Source of the DNA: an uncultured Pelagibacteraceae bacterium | GTDB lineage: Bacteria; Pseudomonadota; Alphaproteobacteria; Pelagibacterales; Pelagibacteraceae | Assembly (NCBI GenBank): GCA_902611145.1 | Contig: CACLYO010000005.1 | Span: 13,154 to 77,153 of the forward strand | Direction: 5' to 3' | DNA length: 64,000 nt | Part shown: piece by piece, positions 38,158 to 47,424 of the stretch | How the letters are laid out: each line of letters starts with the position of its first letter | Numbering within the stretch: the stretch's first letter is position 1 | Made by a program: the position numbers and the translations under genes | Notes under the pieces: generated by a model | Seen by the model: the letters and a program-made list of their open reading frames with translations, nothing else | Databases searched by the model: none | What the model was told of the DNA's origin: nothing

Positions 38158-40602
38158 ATGAAAAAAGAATTACCTAAGAGTTGCAAAGTTATTGTCATAG
38201 GAGGTGGTGTAGCGGGGTGTTCAACAGCATACCATTTAGCAAAATTTGGATGGAAAGACACATTATTATTAGAAAGAGATCAACTGACCTCAGGTACAAC
38301 TTGGCATGCAGCAGGCCTTGTTAGTCAATTAGGACCTTCAGCAGCAATAACCAAGATTAGAAAGTATTCTTTAGAATTATATAAAAAGTTAGAAAAAGAG
38401 TTAGATTTTTCAAGTGGTTTAAAATTAAACGGTGCATTATCTATTGCAACAACTAAAGGAAGATGGGAAGAACTTAAAAGACAAGCAACAACAGCACAGT
38501 TATTTGATGTAAATGTGGAAGTTTTAAACATTGAACAGATAAAAAAAATATATCCTATAATTAATGATCAAAACATTTTGGGTGGCATTTTTATGCCAGG
38601 AGACGGTCAAGCGGATCCTATAGGTGTTACAAATTTGCTAGCAAAAGCAGCAAAAAAAGAAGGAGCTCAGATTTTTGAGAAATCTCCAGTTGAAAAAATA
38701 ATTAAAAAAGATGGAAGGGTTGCAGGAGTAATAGTAAATGGCAAAACTATTGAATGCGAATATATAGTTCTTGCAACAGGAATGTGGTCAAGACAAATAG
38801 GAGAAGATATGGGGTTAAGTATTCCATTATACCCAGCTGAACATTTTTACGTTATAACAGAGGGAATTGATGAACTACCAAAAGACATTCCAGTTTTAAG
38901 AGACTTTGATGACAGTTTATATTTAAAAGAAGATGCTGGAAAAATGTTAATTGGAATATTTGAAGGTAAATCAATTCCAGCGTTTAATAAAACTAATAGA
39001 GTTCCTAATGATTTTTCATTTGGAGAATTTCCAGAAAATTTTGAACATTTTGAACCTTATTTAGAAGCTGCTTTAAAAAGAGTTCCAATTTTAGAAAAAG
39101 TTGGAATTAGAAAATTTTTTGCAGGTCCTGAGTCATTTACCCCAGATACAAATACACTCTTAGGTGAAGTTCCTGGCTTAAAAAATTTATTTGCATGCTG
39201 TGGTTTAAATAGTATTGGAATTGGAAGTGGAGGAGGGGTTGGAAAAGTAACAGCCGAATGGATGATGAATGGTCATATTAATGAAGATTTATTTATTTAT
39301 GATATTAAAAGATTTCAAAATTTTCATTCAAAAGTAGATTTTATAAAAGAAAGAATTACAGAAACATTAGGAGATCTATATGGAATGCACTGGCCATATA
39401 AACAGCACAAAACATCAAGAAATCAAAAATTATTTCCTTATCATGAGGATTTAAAAAAAGCTGGTGCTTGTTTTGGAGTTTCTTCAGGTTATGAAAGACC
39501 AATGTGGTTTGCATTAAAAAATGAAAAACCAGAGTTTAAATATAGTTATAATTATCAAAATTGGTATCCATCAGTAGAATTTGAAACAAAAAACGCAAGA
39601 GAGAACGTTGGTTTATTCGATCTTACTGCATTTTCAAAATACGACTTAAAAGGAGAAAAAACTCATAGTGAATTACAAAAAATTTGTACTGCAAATATTA
39701 AAAACGAAATAGGAAAAACAACTTATACACAAATGCTAAATGAAGATGCTGGAATAGAAACAGATTTAACAGTTGTTTGTATGGATAAAGATTATTTTAG
39801 GATAATTACTGCAGCTGCTAATAGAGAACGTGATAAATTTCATGTTTCAAAATATTTATCAAAAGAAGTGGAATTTAAAGATGTAACAGATGAAATAGCT
39901 TGTCTAGGAGTGTTTGGGCCAAAAAGCAGAAATTTAATGTCAAAGATATCTAAAAACGATTTATCTAATGAAAATTTTAAATTTGGTACTGCAAAAAAAA
40001 TTACAATAAATGATAAAGAAATCTGGGCTCAAAGATTATCTTATGTGGGCGAATTAGGATGGGAACTTTATATGGATATGAAGGATTCTAAAGAAATTTA
40101 TAATTTAATAATTGATATTGGAAAAGAATTTAATATTTCTAATTGTGGAATGCTTGCCATGGACACAATGAGAATGGAAAGTGGATATTTACACTGGGGT
40201 CATGATATATCACCAGAAGAAAATCAATATCAAGCTGGTCTTCAATTTACTATAAGTTATAAAAAAAATATTGATTTTGTTGGCAAGAAAGCATTATTAA
40301 AAATTAAAGATAAAACCTTATCAAAAAAATTAATAATACTTACATTACAAAATTCTAAACTTGGTGAGCCTTTAATGTTGCATGATGAGCCTATTTATTT
40401 AGAAGACAAAATAATTGGAAGAACAACATCTGGAAATTACTCATTTAATTTTAAGAAAAATTTGGTTTTCGGCTATGTTTCAGTTGATTTATCAAATGAA
40501 GATATAAAAAATAAAAAATTGTATATTGAGGTTGCTAAAATTAAATATATTGCAGAATTACAAAAAAAACCTTTAAATCAAAAGAATTTTAAAACAATTT
40601 GA
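38158..40602 (+). CDS. GcvT-domain FAD dehydrogenase (dimethylglycine/sarcosine dehydrogenase family)
   Basis: GGGVAG, SGTTWHAAGL (covalent FAD His), GPESFTPD, SYVGELGWE, RMESGY. Confidence 0.9.
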   Translation: MKKELPKSCKVIVIGGGVAGCSTAYHLAKFGWKDTLLLERDQLTSGTTWHAAGLVSQLGPSAAITKIRKYSLELYKKLEKELDFSSGLKLNGALSIATTKGRWEELKRQATTAQLFDVNVEVLNIEQIKKIYPIINDQNILGGIFMPGDGQADPIGVTNLLAKAAKKEGAQIFEKSPVEKIIKKDGRVAGVIVNGKTIECEYIVLATGMWSRQIGEDMGLSIPLYPAEHFYVITEGIDELPKDIPVLRDFDDSLYLKEDAGKMLIGIFEGKSIPAFNKTNRVPNDFSFGEFPENFEHFEPYLEAALKRVPILEKVGIRKFFAGPESFTPDTNTLLGEVPGLKNLFACCGLNSIGIGSGGGVGKVTAEWMMNGHINEDLFIYDIKRFQNFHSKVDFIKERITETLGDLYGMHWPYKQHKTSRNQKLFPYHEDLKKAGACFGVSSGYERPMWFALKNEKPEFKYSYNYQNWYPSVEFETKNARENVGLFDLTAFSKYDLKGEKTHSELQKICTANIKNEIGKTTYTQMLNEDAGIETDLTVVCMDKDYFRIITAAANRERDKFHVSKYLSKEVEFKDVTDEIACLGVFGPKSRNLMSKISKNDLSNENFKFGTAKKITINDKEIWAQRLSYVGELGWELYMDMKDSKEIYNLIIDIGKEFNISNCGMLAMDTMRMESGYLHWGHDISPEENQYQAGLQFTISYKKNIDFVGKKALLKIKDKTLSKKLIILTLQNSKLGEPLMLHDEPIYLEDKIIGRTTSGNYSFNFKKNLVFGYVSVDLSNEDIKNKKLYIEVAKIKYIAELQKKPLNQKNFKTI

Positions 40603-40712
40603 GCGCGAGTACCCAATATGAGCTATTAATATAAGTTCCAACCTCAAATTGAACAAGTCAGAACTTGCACTGATTCGTTATGCATGCTTAAATAAGAAAT
40701 AGGGAATTAGAT

Positions 40713-40928
40713 ATGTCTACAGAACAGATGTCTACAGATTTAACACAAAACCAAGCGATTGGATATGTTAGCGATAAATCAAAAAGTTCAGATACACAAA
40801 AAGTTGATATTAATATTTTAATGGACAGAGTAAGAGAAGAGAAAAAAAAAGAAAAAAAAGAAAATATAATCTTTCTAAGTTTAATTGCATCTGTAATTGT
40901 GATCACAGGCGTAATTGCGTCTCTATAA
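40713..40928 (+). CDS. small C-terminally anchored membrane protein
   Basis: AGGGA RBS; VDINILMDRVREEKKKEKK followed by a terminal TM helix. Confidence 0.7.
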   Translation: MSTEQMSTDLTQNQAIGYVSDKSKSSDTQKVDINILMDRVREEKKKEKKENIIFLSLIASVIVITGVIASL

Positions 40929-40940
40929 CCTATAATTAAT

Positions 40941-41924
40941 TTAATTATTATAAAGTCTAGCTGTATTGTAAAATTTAGACACTGTATAGGAAATTTTGTC
41001 TATATTTCTTAGTCTCATTTCATTTAAATCTTTATAATTTTTTTCACTTGGTGAAGCTTTGTATAAACCATCATTATCTTTAGATATCCATTTTGTTCTA
41101 ATTAGTTTATTAAGTTTTCTTAAAACAGTAGGTCTAGGGATACCAGTTAGATCTGAAATGGTCATTGCATTTAATCCCAAAGAATCTTCTAATAAAATTA
41201 ACATTTTAAAGTATTTTTCTTTAATAGTTGGATTGCCACTTTTATTTTCTTTTTTATTAAAATATAAATTTTGATTATAAACAATCATTGCCCATATAGA
41301 TACAGTTTCATAATCACCAAAAAATTCTTTCTTAAATCCTGTTAAATATTCAATTTGAAAAGATAAAAAATAAGCCCAGCATTGTGTAAAGTTTTTTTTT
41401 ATTAAGATTTCAAATTCATTTGTTGACAATTCGTTATAAACAATTTTATTTTTTTTAAGTAACTTTGATAAAACTGACATAAATTTTGAAATTTGCGTAA
41501 TAGATTCACCAGGTTTTTGCATATTGTAGCCTTGCCTTTGCAAGAATACTGCTTTTTTATTTTTAATAATTAAACCTTTTTTTTCCATTTCTAAAATTTT
41601 TCTTCTAGCCGTTTCTTTAGAAATTGATAATTCTTTTGCAACATGTACTATATTAAATTTTTTAAGCTCATATTGATTGACTGAAAAGAATTCATCATAG
41701 TTGTATTTAACTAAATATTCTGAATATGAATTAAATGTTTTATCAACTAAGCTTATTAAAATTAAATATTTATCTAAGTCTTTAAAAACAGAATAAGCTC
41801 TGGATAACCATCCTCTTTGTAATTCTAAAAATTCAGTGATTACATTACCGTAATTTTTATTAATAATATTAGAGATATCGCTAGGTTGTACTTCTGTTGA
41901 AAATTTAAAATTAACATTCTTCAT
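40941..41924 (-). CDS. tandem double winged-helix DNA-binding protein
   Basis: Two HTH-like motifs (VAKELSISKETARRKI; ISDLTGIPRPTVLRKL) in two similar halves. Confidence 0.7.
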   Translation of the reverse strand: MKNVNFKFSTEVQPSDISNIINKNYGNVITEFLELQRGWLSRAYSVFKDLDKYLILISLVDKTFNSYSEYLVKYNYDEFFSVNQYELKKFNIVHVAKELSISKETARRKILEMEKKGLIIKNKKAVFLQRQGYNMQKPGESITQISKFMSVLSKLLKKNKIVYNELSTNEFEILIKKNFTQCWAYFLSFQIEYLTGFKKEFFGDYETVSIWAMIVYNQNLYFNKKENKSGNPTIKEKYFKMLILLEDSLGLNAMTISDLTGIPRPTVLRKLNKLIRTKWISKDNDGLYKASPSEKNYKDLNEMRLRNIDKISYTVSKFYNTARLYNN

Positions 41925-41930
41925 AAAAAA

Positions 41931-42725
41931 TTAATTTATATCCTTAAATATCCATGGCCACTCATTAGTTTTGGTATGTTTTTTAAACCAAAAAGAAAGA
42001 TACCTTTCAGCCAGGTATGCGTAAAGCCTAGTTTGATCATAACCTTTTAGTTCATCAAATCCAAAAATTTTTTCACACTCAAATAACCAAGTAAATAAAT
42101 CATTAAACCACTGATCTATAATATTTTTTTTTGAAAAAAACATTATGTGTGGATTAAAAACTGTTTTAGTTGAAACATAATGTCTAAAATCTTCCCTATC
42201 TTTTTCGCCCATTACGTCTATCGCTTTATCAAGAACACCGTGACCATGATGCATATCAAAGTGAAGCTTTATTGTATGAAGGTTTTTGTTAAATAAAATA
42301 TTTGGATTTTTTAATAAGTTTTTCCATCCTCTTTTGATTATTTTTGAAATTTTTGTAGTTTTTAAGTCTATAGGTTTAGTTATTACAGAATTATAATCCT
42401 TCCATTCTATTGGTGGTTTATCTAAAATTACATTTTTTAGATTATAGTTTTTGTCAATATTATCATGTTTAACCCAGAATCTTCTTCTTTGACAAAAACC
42501 TATCCATATGTCATCTGAAAAATCATTTAATTTATTTTTCCAAAACCAATAATGAAATGTCAATTCTGAATAATATTTTTCTTTTTTATTTATATTTTGT
42601 CCTAATTCACAAGTAATATAATTACTGTTAAATTTATTTTTTCCAACACCTACCAAATCCAAAGGTAAATCTTCTAATTCTTTGGCTTGAATATTTGTGA
42701 TGCAAAATAATTTAAAGTTATTCAT
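41931..42725 (-). CDS. DUF4422-family glycosyltransferase-associated protein
   Basis: YYSELT..YW.WKN, IGFCQ.RR, RLYAYLAER motifs. Confidence 0.8.
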   Translation of the reverse strand: MNNFKLFCITNIQAKELEDLPLDLVGVGKNKFNSNYITCELGQNINKKEKYYSELTFHYWFWKNKLNDFSDDIWIGFCQRRRFWVKHDNIDKNYNLKNVILDKPPIEWKDYNSVITKPIDLKTTKISKIIKRGWKNLLKNPNILFNKNLHTIKLHFDMHHGHGVLDKAIDVMGEKDREDFRHYVSTKTVFNPHIMFFSKKNIIDQWFNDLFTWLFECEKIFGFDELKGYDQTRLYAYLAERYLSFWFKKHTKTNEWPWIFKDIN

Positions 42726-44727
42726 ATTTTTTTAGTTTAAAGCAGTACAACAAGTTGCCAAAATTTACAGAATAAGCACTTGATAAGCTATAACTACCAG
42801 TAGAAGCCACTATAACATACTGTTCGTCATTAACAGAGTAAACTGAAGGTGGTCCTGATCCAACATATTTTAATTTGTAAGACCATACTTCTTTTCCATT
42901 GTTTGAGTTAAATGCTCTTATTTTTTTATCTAGGGTACCTGTTGCAAATATAATATTACCAGCAGTGCCTGTTGCACCTCCATAATTTTCTGTTCCTGTT
43001 AAAGGTATTCCCATTTTTGTTAATTCTTCATACTCACCAAATGGTACTTGCCATTTTATCTTACCAGAATTTAAATTAATGGCTGTTAAATTGCCCCAAG
43101 GTGGTTTTGATCCTGGATATCCATTTTTATCAAACAATCTTTCAAAACTACTATAAAATTTGTAATAATTAAATTTACTTTCGTTTTCGTGAATTTTTCC
43201 TATAAAGGGTATATTGTGTGAAGTTATATACATCATGCCGTTATCATTATTTACAGAGGCACCCATCCACTCTGCTCCTCCATGAAAACCAAAAAAAATG
43301 TTATTTTTTCCAACTTCATGAGGCTGAAAAAAACCATAATTAGAATTTTTAATTTTATTTTCTATATAATTTTTACTTTCAATTGAAATATTGGATATTT
43401 CATCTTTTGAAAAAATTTGTTTTGAAAAAGGTTCAGGTAAATTAAGATATGGTTGATAATAAGCAGTTTTTTCTCCAGGTATTTTTGATCTTGGAGCTTT
43501 TTTTTCACGGAAATCAAAAATTGGCTGACCCGTTAAACGATCCAAAATTATTGTATTACCAATTTTAGTAACAGCAACAACAACGTCTATCTTGGTACCA
43601 TTTTTATTAATAGAAGTAAGTACAGGAGGTGCCGGAATATCAAAGTTCCAAATATCATGTTTTACTTCTTGGAAGTTCCATAATTTTTTTTTTTTAAATA
43701 TATCTATGGCTATTATAGAGTTTGAATATTCGTTATTACCTGGTCGATTAACACCGTTAAAATAAAAGCCAGCATTTCCTGTTGATATAAATACAACTCC
43801 TCTATTAATATCTGCAGACATACCTCCCCAAGGATTACCTCCTGAATAATCAAATCTTTTTCCACCATATCTTTTTTTTTCAGATCTTTTTTTTAGATAA
43901 TATTTCCAAGAAAGTTTTCCAGCATTTAAGTCGTAAACTTCTAAAGCAGGCTCAACTGTTGCAATCGCAAGAGTGTTTTTAATGATTACAGGAGAAACTT
44001 TACATCGATTTTTAAGCTTTATTATTCCATTTTTTCCAAAACTTTTGACTGGTTGTCCATTTTTAGCATTTAAACTTATTAATTTTTTTTCAGCACAAAA
44101 ATAAATTCTTGATTTATCCCCTTTAGACCAAAAAACTAAACCCCTTCTTGCAGGCGTAGCATCAACTTTATATTCCCAAATTTTTTTTCCGTTAACAGCA
44201 TTAATAGAAATAATTTTGTTTCCTGTAGTAGGTAAAAATATTTTACCTTCAGCAATAACTGGGTTAGCCTGTATATCCCTATTTATTTCGTCAAATTTAT
44301 ACTTCCAAGCTAAATCTAGGTTTTTTACATTGGACAAGTTAATTTTTGATAAGTTAGAAAATCTATTTGAAGAATGATTTCCATGACTTCTTTTCCATTC
44401 ATTAAAATTATTTTTTTCATTAAAATCACTAATTGTAAAATTATCTTCTTTAGCTAATATAGTTTTAAATTCAGGTAGTTTTTCAAATTCATTATCTTCT
44501 TGGTTTAAATGTTCTTTATGTTTTTTACTAAGTTTAATTAGCAAAAAAGCATAAAAATTATCAGCTTTTCTTGTTATTTTTTTAATTTGCGGATTACGTA
44601 TGTTATTAATATCAAAACTAATTGTTGATCTATTTACATATTTTGTTGAAACAGAAATCATTTCAATCAAAATAAATGAAAAAAATAATAAAAATAATAT
44701 ACAAATTAACTTTACTATTTTTTTCAT
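42718..44727 (-). CDS. PQQ-dependent (quinoprotein glucose dehydrogenase-like) beta-propeller protein
   Basis: RFS.L..IN..NV..L..AW, NPWGGMSAD, HDIWNFD, GGAEW.G, KPPWG.LTAI.L..GKI.WQVPFG, GTEN.GG. Confidence 0.85.
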   Translation of the reverse strand: MKKIVKLICILFLLFFSFILIEMISVSTKYVNRSTISFDINNIRNPQIKKITRKADNFYAFLLIKLSKKHKEHLNQEDNEFEKLPEFKTILAKEDNFTISDFNEKNNFNEWKRSHGNHSSNRFSNLSKINLSNVKNLDLAWKYKFDEINRDIQANPVIAEGKIFLPTTGNKIISINAVNGKKIWEYKVDATPARRGLVFWSKGDKSRIYFCAEKKLISLNAKNGQPVKSFGKNGIIKLKNRCKVSPVIIKNTLAIATVEPALEVYDLNAGKLSWKYYLKKRSEKKRYGGKRFDYSGGNPWGGMSADINRGVVFISTGNAGFYFNGVNRPGNNEYSNSIIAIDIFKKKKLWNFQEVKHDIWNFDIPAPPVLTSINKNGTKIDVVVAVTKIGNTIILDRLTGQPIFDFREKKAPRSKIPGEKTAYYQPYLNLPEPFSKQIFSKDEISNISIESKNYIENKIKNSNYGFFQPHEVGKNNIFFGFHGGAEWMGASVNNDNGMMYITSHNIPFIGKIHENESKFNYYKFYSSFERLFDKNGYPGSKPPWGNLTAINLNSGKIKWQVPFGEYEELTKMGIPLTGTENYGGATGTAGNIIFATGTLDKKIRAFNSNNGKEVWSYKLKYVGSGPPSVYSVNDEQYVIVASTGSYSLSSAYSVNFGNLLYCFKLKKYE

Positions 44728-44758
44728 ATTAAATTTTTTACCTTTAAGATTTATATTA

Positions 44759-45730
44759 TTAAGTTAATTTTCGAATTCTTTTTTTCGAAAATTGAATGTA
44801 ATTATTATTAATTTCTGTACCTATACCAATCATCCCAAGTTTTACTGCAGAAACTAAAGTTGTGCCCGTGCCTACAAAAGGATCATAAACAATACTGCCT
44901 TTTTTAATACCACTTAATTTAATACATTGTTCTGATAATTTTTCTGGAAACGTTGCCGGATGATCAGCTCTACTATTTTTTCTAAAATTGTGACCATCTT
45001 CAACACCTACTTGTTTTGAAAGTTTACTTGTAGGCGTATAAGGAATAAACCAAGCATTACCAATGCATTTTTTTTTCTGTGGTTCATATGGTATTTCCTT
45101 TAAAAGTTGTTTAACTCTTTTTTCAAATTCTTCTTTTTGAGCTTTTGTTGCATTAGCTAAAACATCTTTATAATTTTTAAATTTCATTCTTTTTGCAATT
45201 TTCCGTCTAGTTACTGCTCTGTGTCTATTTTCACTATAAAGTTCAGGATAAATTGGATGAGTTTGATTTCTTTGACCAATGGCCAATCTATCTACTGCAA
45301 CATCACCCTTTTTTGTAAAGTGAAAAACACTTTCTGTAGTAGCGCTTGTGTATCTTTTTGAAGTAATTGGTTTGTATTGACCATGACCAAAATTATTCAC
45401 CACAATGTGCTTTACCCAAGTAAATTGATTTTGTAACACAAAGTACTTTCTAAAAACTTGAGCAACATCCATTGCTACAAATGGATCAGAATTTGAATAA
45501 CCCATATTTAAAAATAATTGACCTTTGTCTTTTAGAACTTTTTTGATTGATTTTGCAACTTCGGCTAACCAAACCAAGTAAACTTTTCTTGGAGCAGAGT
45601 CATCGTAATTCCCATATTTAACATTTAAATTATAAGGTGGAGAAGTGACAATACAATCTATAGATTTAGGATTTTCCGAATTCATCCACTTAATACAATC
45701 CTCTTTAATTATTCTGTAATTTTTTTTCAT
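44759..45730 (-). CDS. DNA methyltransferase, beta class (probably N4-cytosine)
   Basis: Catalytic motif IV TSPPY near the N-terminus, HPATFP, and SAM-binding motif I YDPFVGTGTT near the C-terminus. Confidence 0.92.
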   Translation of the reverse strand: MKKNYRIIKEDCIKWMNSENPKSIDCIVTSPPYNLNVKYGNYDDSAPRKVYLVWLAEVAKSIKKVLKDKGQLFLNMGYSNSDPFVAMDVAQVFRKYFVLQNQFTWVKHIVVNNFGHGQYKPITSKRYTSATTESVFHFTKKGDVAVDRLAIGQRNQTHPIYPELYSENRHRAVTRRKIAKRMKFKNYKDVLANATKAQKEEFEKRVKQLLKEIPYEPQKKKCIGNAWFIPYTPTSKLSKQVGVEDGHNFRKNSRADHPATFPEKLSEQCIKLSGIKKGSIVYDPFVGTGTTLVSAVKLGMIGIGTEINNNYIQFSKKRIRKLT

Positions 45731-46586
45731 AATTTTCTAAAATATTAATTATTTTATCAGTATTTCCAACACTGATTCTGTCTGAATGATATCTTACATG
45801 TTTTTCTAGTATTGGGATATTTCTTTCACCTTCTTTTCCATCTGATATACAAAAAAAATTAATATTATCATCATTTGCTTGAGAATATTTTTGTGCTTGT
45901 TCGAGCCATCTTTTTGCTTCATCTAGTTGATGTTTAGTTGTAGCAGTTCCTTGTTCTTTAGAAAATTTCATAAAACCATAAAAAATTATCTTTTCTAGCG
46001 GTTTTTTTGTTTTTATAACAACATCAACACTCCTTGCATTCGGTGAAAATTTTTTTTTAAGTTTTTTTATGTCAACTATATCTTCGCCATCAATAACAAT
46101 TTCTCCCTCTTTTGGATGTTTGACATCCCAATATTCACTATTTAATTGTTCTTCCAACATCATTAATTGATTTTTTTGATGCATACTCTGTCTGGTTGGT
46201 TGACGACAAAACTCAAGTTGTATTTCTCTTGGACAATTAATTAGTAAATTAGCAAAATTTTTTAAATGATGTAATTTTAGATTTTCTCTAATTTTCAAAT
46301 TATATTCTTCTGATCTCATATCCCATATTTTTTCACCAAGTGTAGATATTCGATCTTGGAAAAATTGTTTAGATGTTTTGGGAGAAGGTGGATTTTTTAT
46401 ATTTTTGTTAACTTTCTTTTCATTAATATATTTTATCTTATAGTTATTTGACTTACTGAGAGATATAAAAAAATCTTTATCGTTATCTTCTAGGGAAATT
46501 AAAAATTTCCACGCCTCTAAGTCTTCAACTAGATTTTGATTTCTTTTTTTATTATTTGAGTCGAAATGTATTTTTTTTGGGTCCAT
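45705..46586 (-). CDS. putative type II restriction endonuclease (PD-(D/E)xK-like)
   Basis: Overlaps the MTase start by 26 nt; RSVD...YGFMKFS.EQG....HQ and DG patterns resemble PD-(D/E)xK REases. Confidence 0.55.
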   Translation of the reverse strand: MDPKKIHFDSNNKKRNQNLVEDLEAWKFLISLEDNDKDFFISLSKSNNYKIKYINEKKVNKNIKNPPSPKTSKQFFQDRISTLGEKIWDMRSEEYNLKIRENLKLHHLKNFANLLINCPREIQLEFCRQPTRQSMHQKNQLMMLEEQLNSEYWDVKHPKEGEIVIDGEDIVDIKKLKKKFSPNARSVDVVIKTKKPLEKIIFYGFMKFSKEQGTATTKHQLDEAKRWLEQAQKYSQANDDNINFFCISDGKEGERNIPILEKHVRYHSDRISVGNTDKIINILENYEKKLQNN

Positions 46587-46680
46587 AGTTAACGAATCTA
46601 ATAATTACTATATAACGCTATCTTAGAAAATGTTTATTGAATCTAAAAAAATAAGTAGTATAAATCAACACTAATTGAAT

Positions 46681-46757
46681 GGCGGGGTAGCTCAGTTGGT
46701 TAGAGCGCGGGACTCATAAGCCCGAGGTCAGTGGTTCGATCCCACTTCCCGCTACCA
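46681..46757 (+). tRNA. tRNA-Met (CAT), probably elongator
   Basis: Cloverleaf: acceptor GGCGGGG/TCCCGCT, D-arm GCTC/GAGC, anticodon loop CTCATAA, T-arm AGTGG-TTCGATC-CCACT, encoded CCA. Paired G1-U72 argues against the initiator tRNA. Confidence 0.93.
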
Positions 46758-46768
46758 ACTATTAGTTT

Positions 46769-47323
46769 TTATTTGTATTCAAAGTTTTGAGTTGTTTCAT
46801 TGATATGCAATAATTTTGCTCCGTTTCTGAAGTGAAATTTAGTAGCCATTTCAGTTAAAGGAGAGAGAGTTATTAATCTATTTAGATGGTTTGACTTTTT
46901 AATCATTTTGAAAACTTGTTTTACAATTAGTTTACCACCACCTTTTTTTTTAGACCATACAGTGTAAGCAACTGCAATTTTTCCAACCTTTTGATCTCTC
47001 AAAGCACTTTGTAAGAATGCATCTTTACTTAATTTATCTAATTCTTTTACAGATTTAGGAATTTGATTTGTAAAAGCGAAACACATAACTGCATAAATTT
47101 CACCTTTATATTTAACACCATAAATTTTTCTTCCATAACTTGTTCTGAATTCATTATTTAACTCTGGTCTAACAGGGTCTTCACTTGTGTTACATTCTTT
47201 TAAGTTTACTAACTCAGCACCTTTAATCCAAATAAAAAAATTTCTTATTTCTTTTTTTAAAATTTGTTTATTTTTTCTTATTCGTGCTTTAAATCTAGGT
47301 TTTAAAGTTTTTAGTTTCTTCAT
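46769..47323 (-). CDS. hypothetical protein with GNAT-like features, resembling marine myophage ORFs
   Basis: EDPVRPEL, AYTVWS.KKGGG (acetyl-CoA loop-like), TLSPLT.MA.KFH..NGA. The family link is recalled, not searched. Confidence 0.55.
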   Translation of the reverse strand: MKKLKTLKPRFKARIRKNKQILKKEIRNFFIWIKGAELVNLKECNTSEDPVRPELNNEFRTSYGRKIYGVKYKGEIYAVMCFAFTNQIPKSVKELDKLSKDAFLQSALRDQKVGKIAVAYTVWSKKKGGGKLIVKQVFKMIKKSNHLNRLITLSPLTEMATKFHFRNGAKLLHINETTQNFEYK

Positions 47324-47424
47324 TTAATTTTTTCTATTTTTTAATTTTAATTTTTTCTTAATACAATGTTATTTAAGAATTGCAGTTATGCAATTTGTGA
47401 TAAACTAAGTTAGGATTTTAATTA

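Noticed and set aside
40651-40664. Alphaproteobacterial LexA box (GAAC-N7-GAAC)
   Set aside because: The spacing here is N6, not N7.
44759-47323. Prophage or integrative element at tRNA-Met
   Set aside because: No integrase, structural genes or duplicated tRNA end (att site) were seen in the window.
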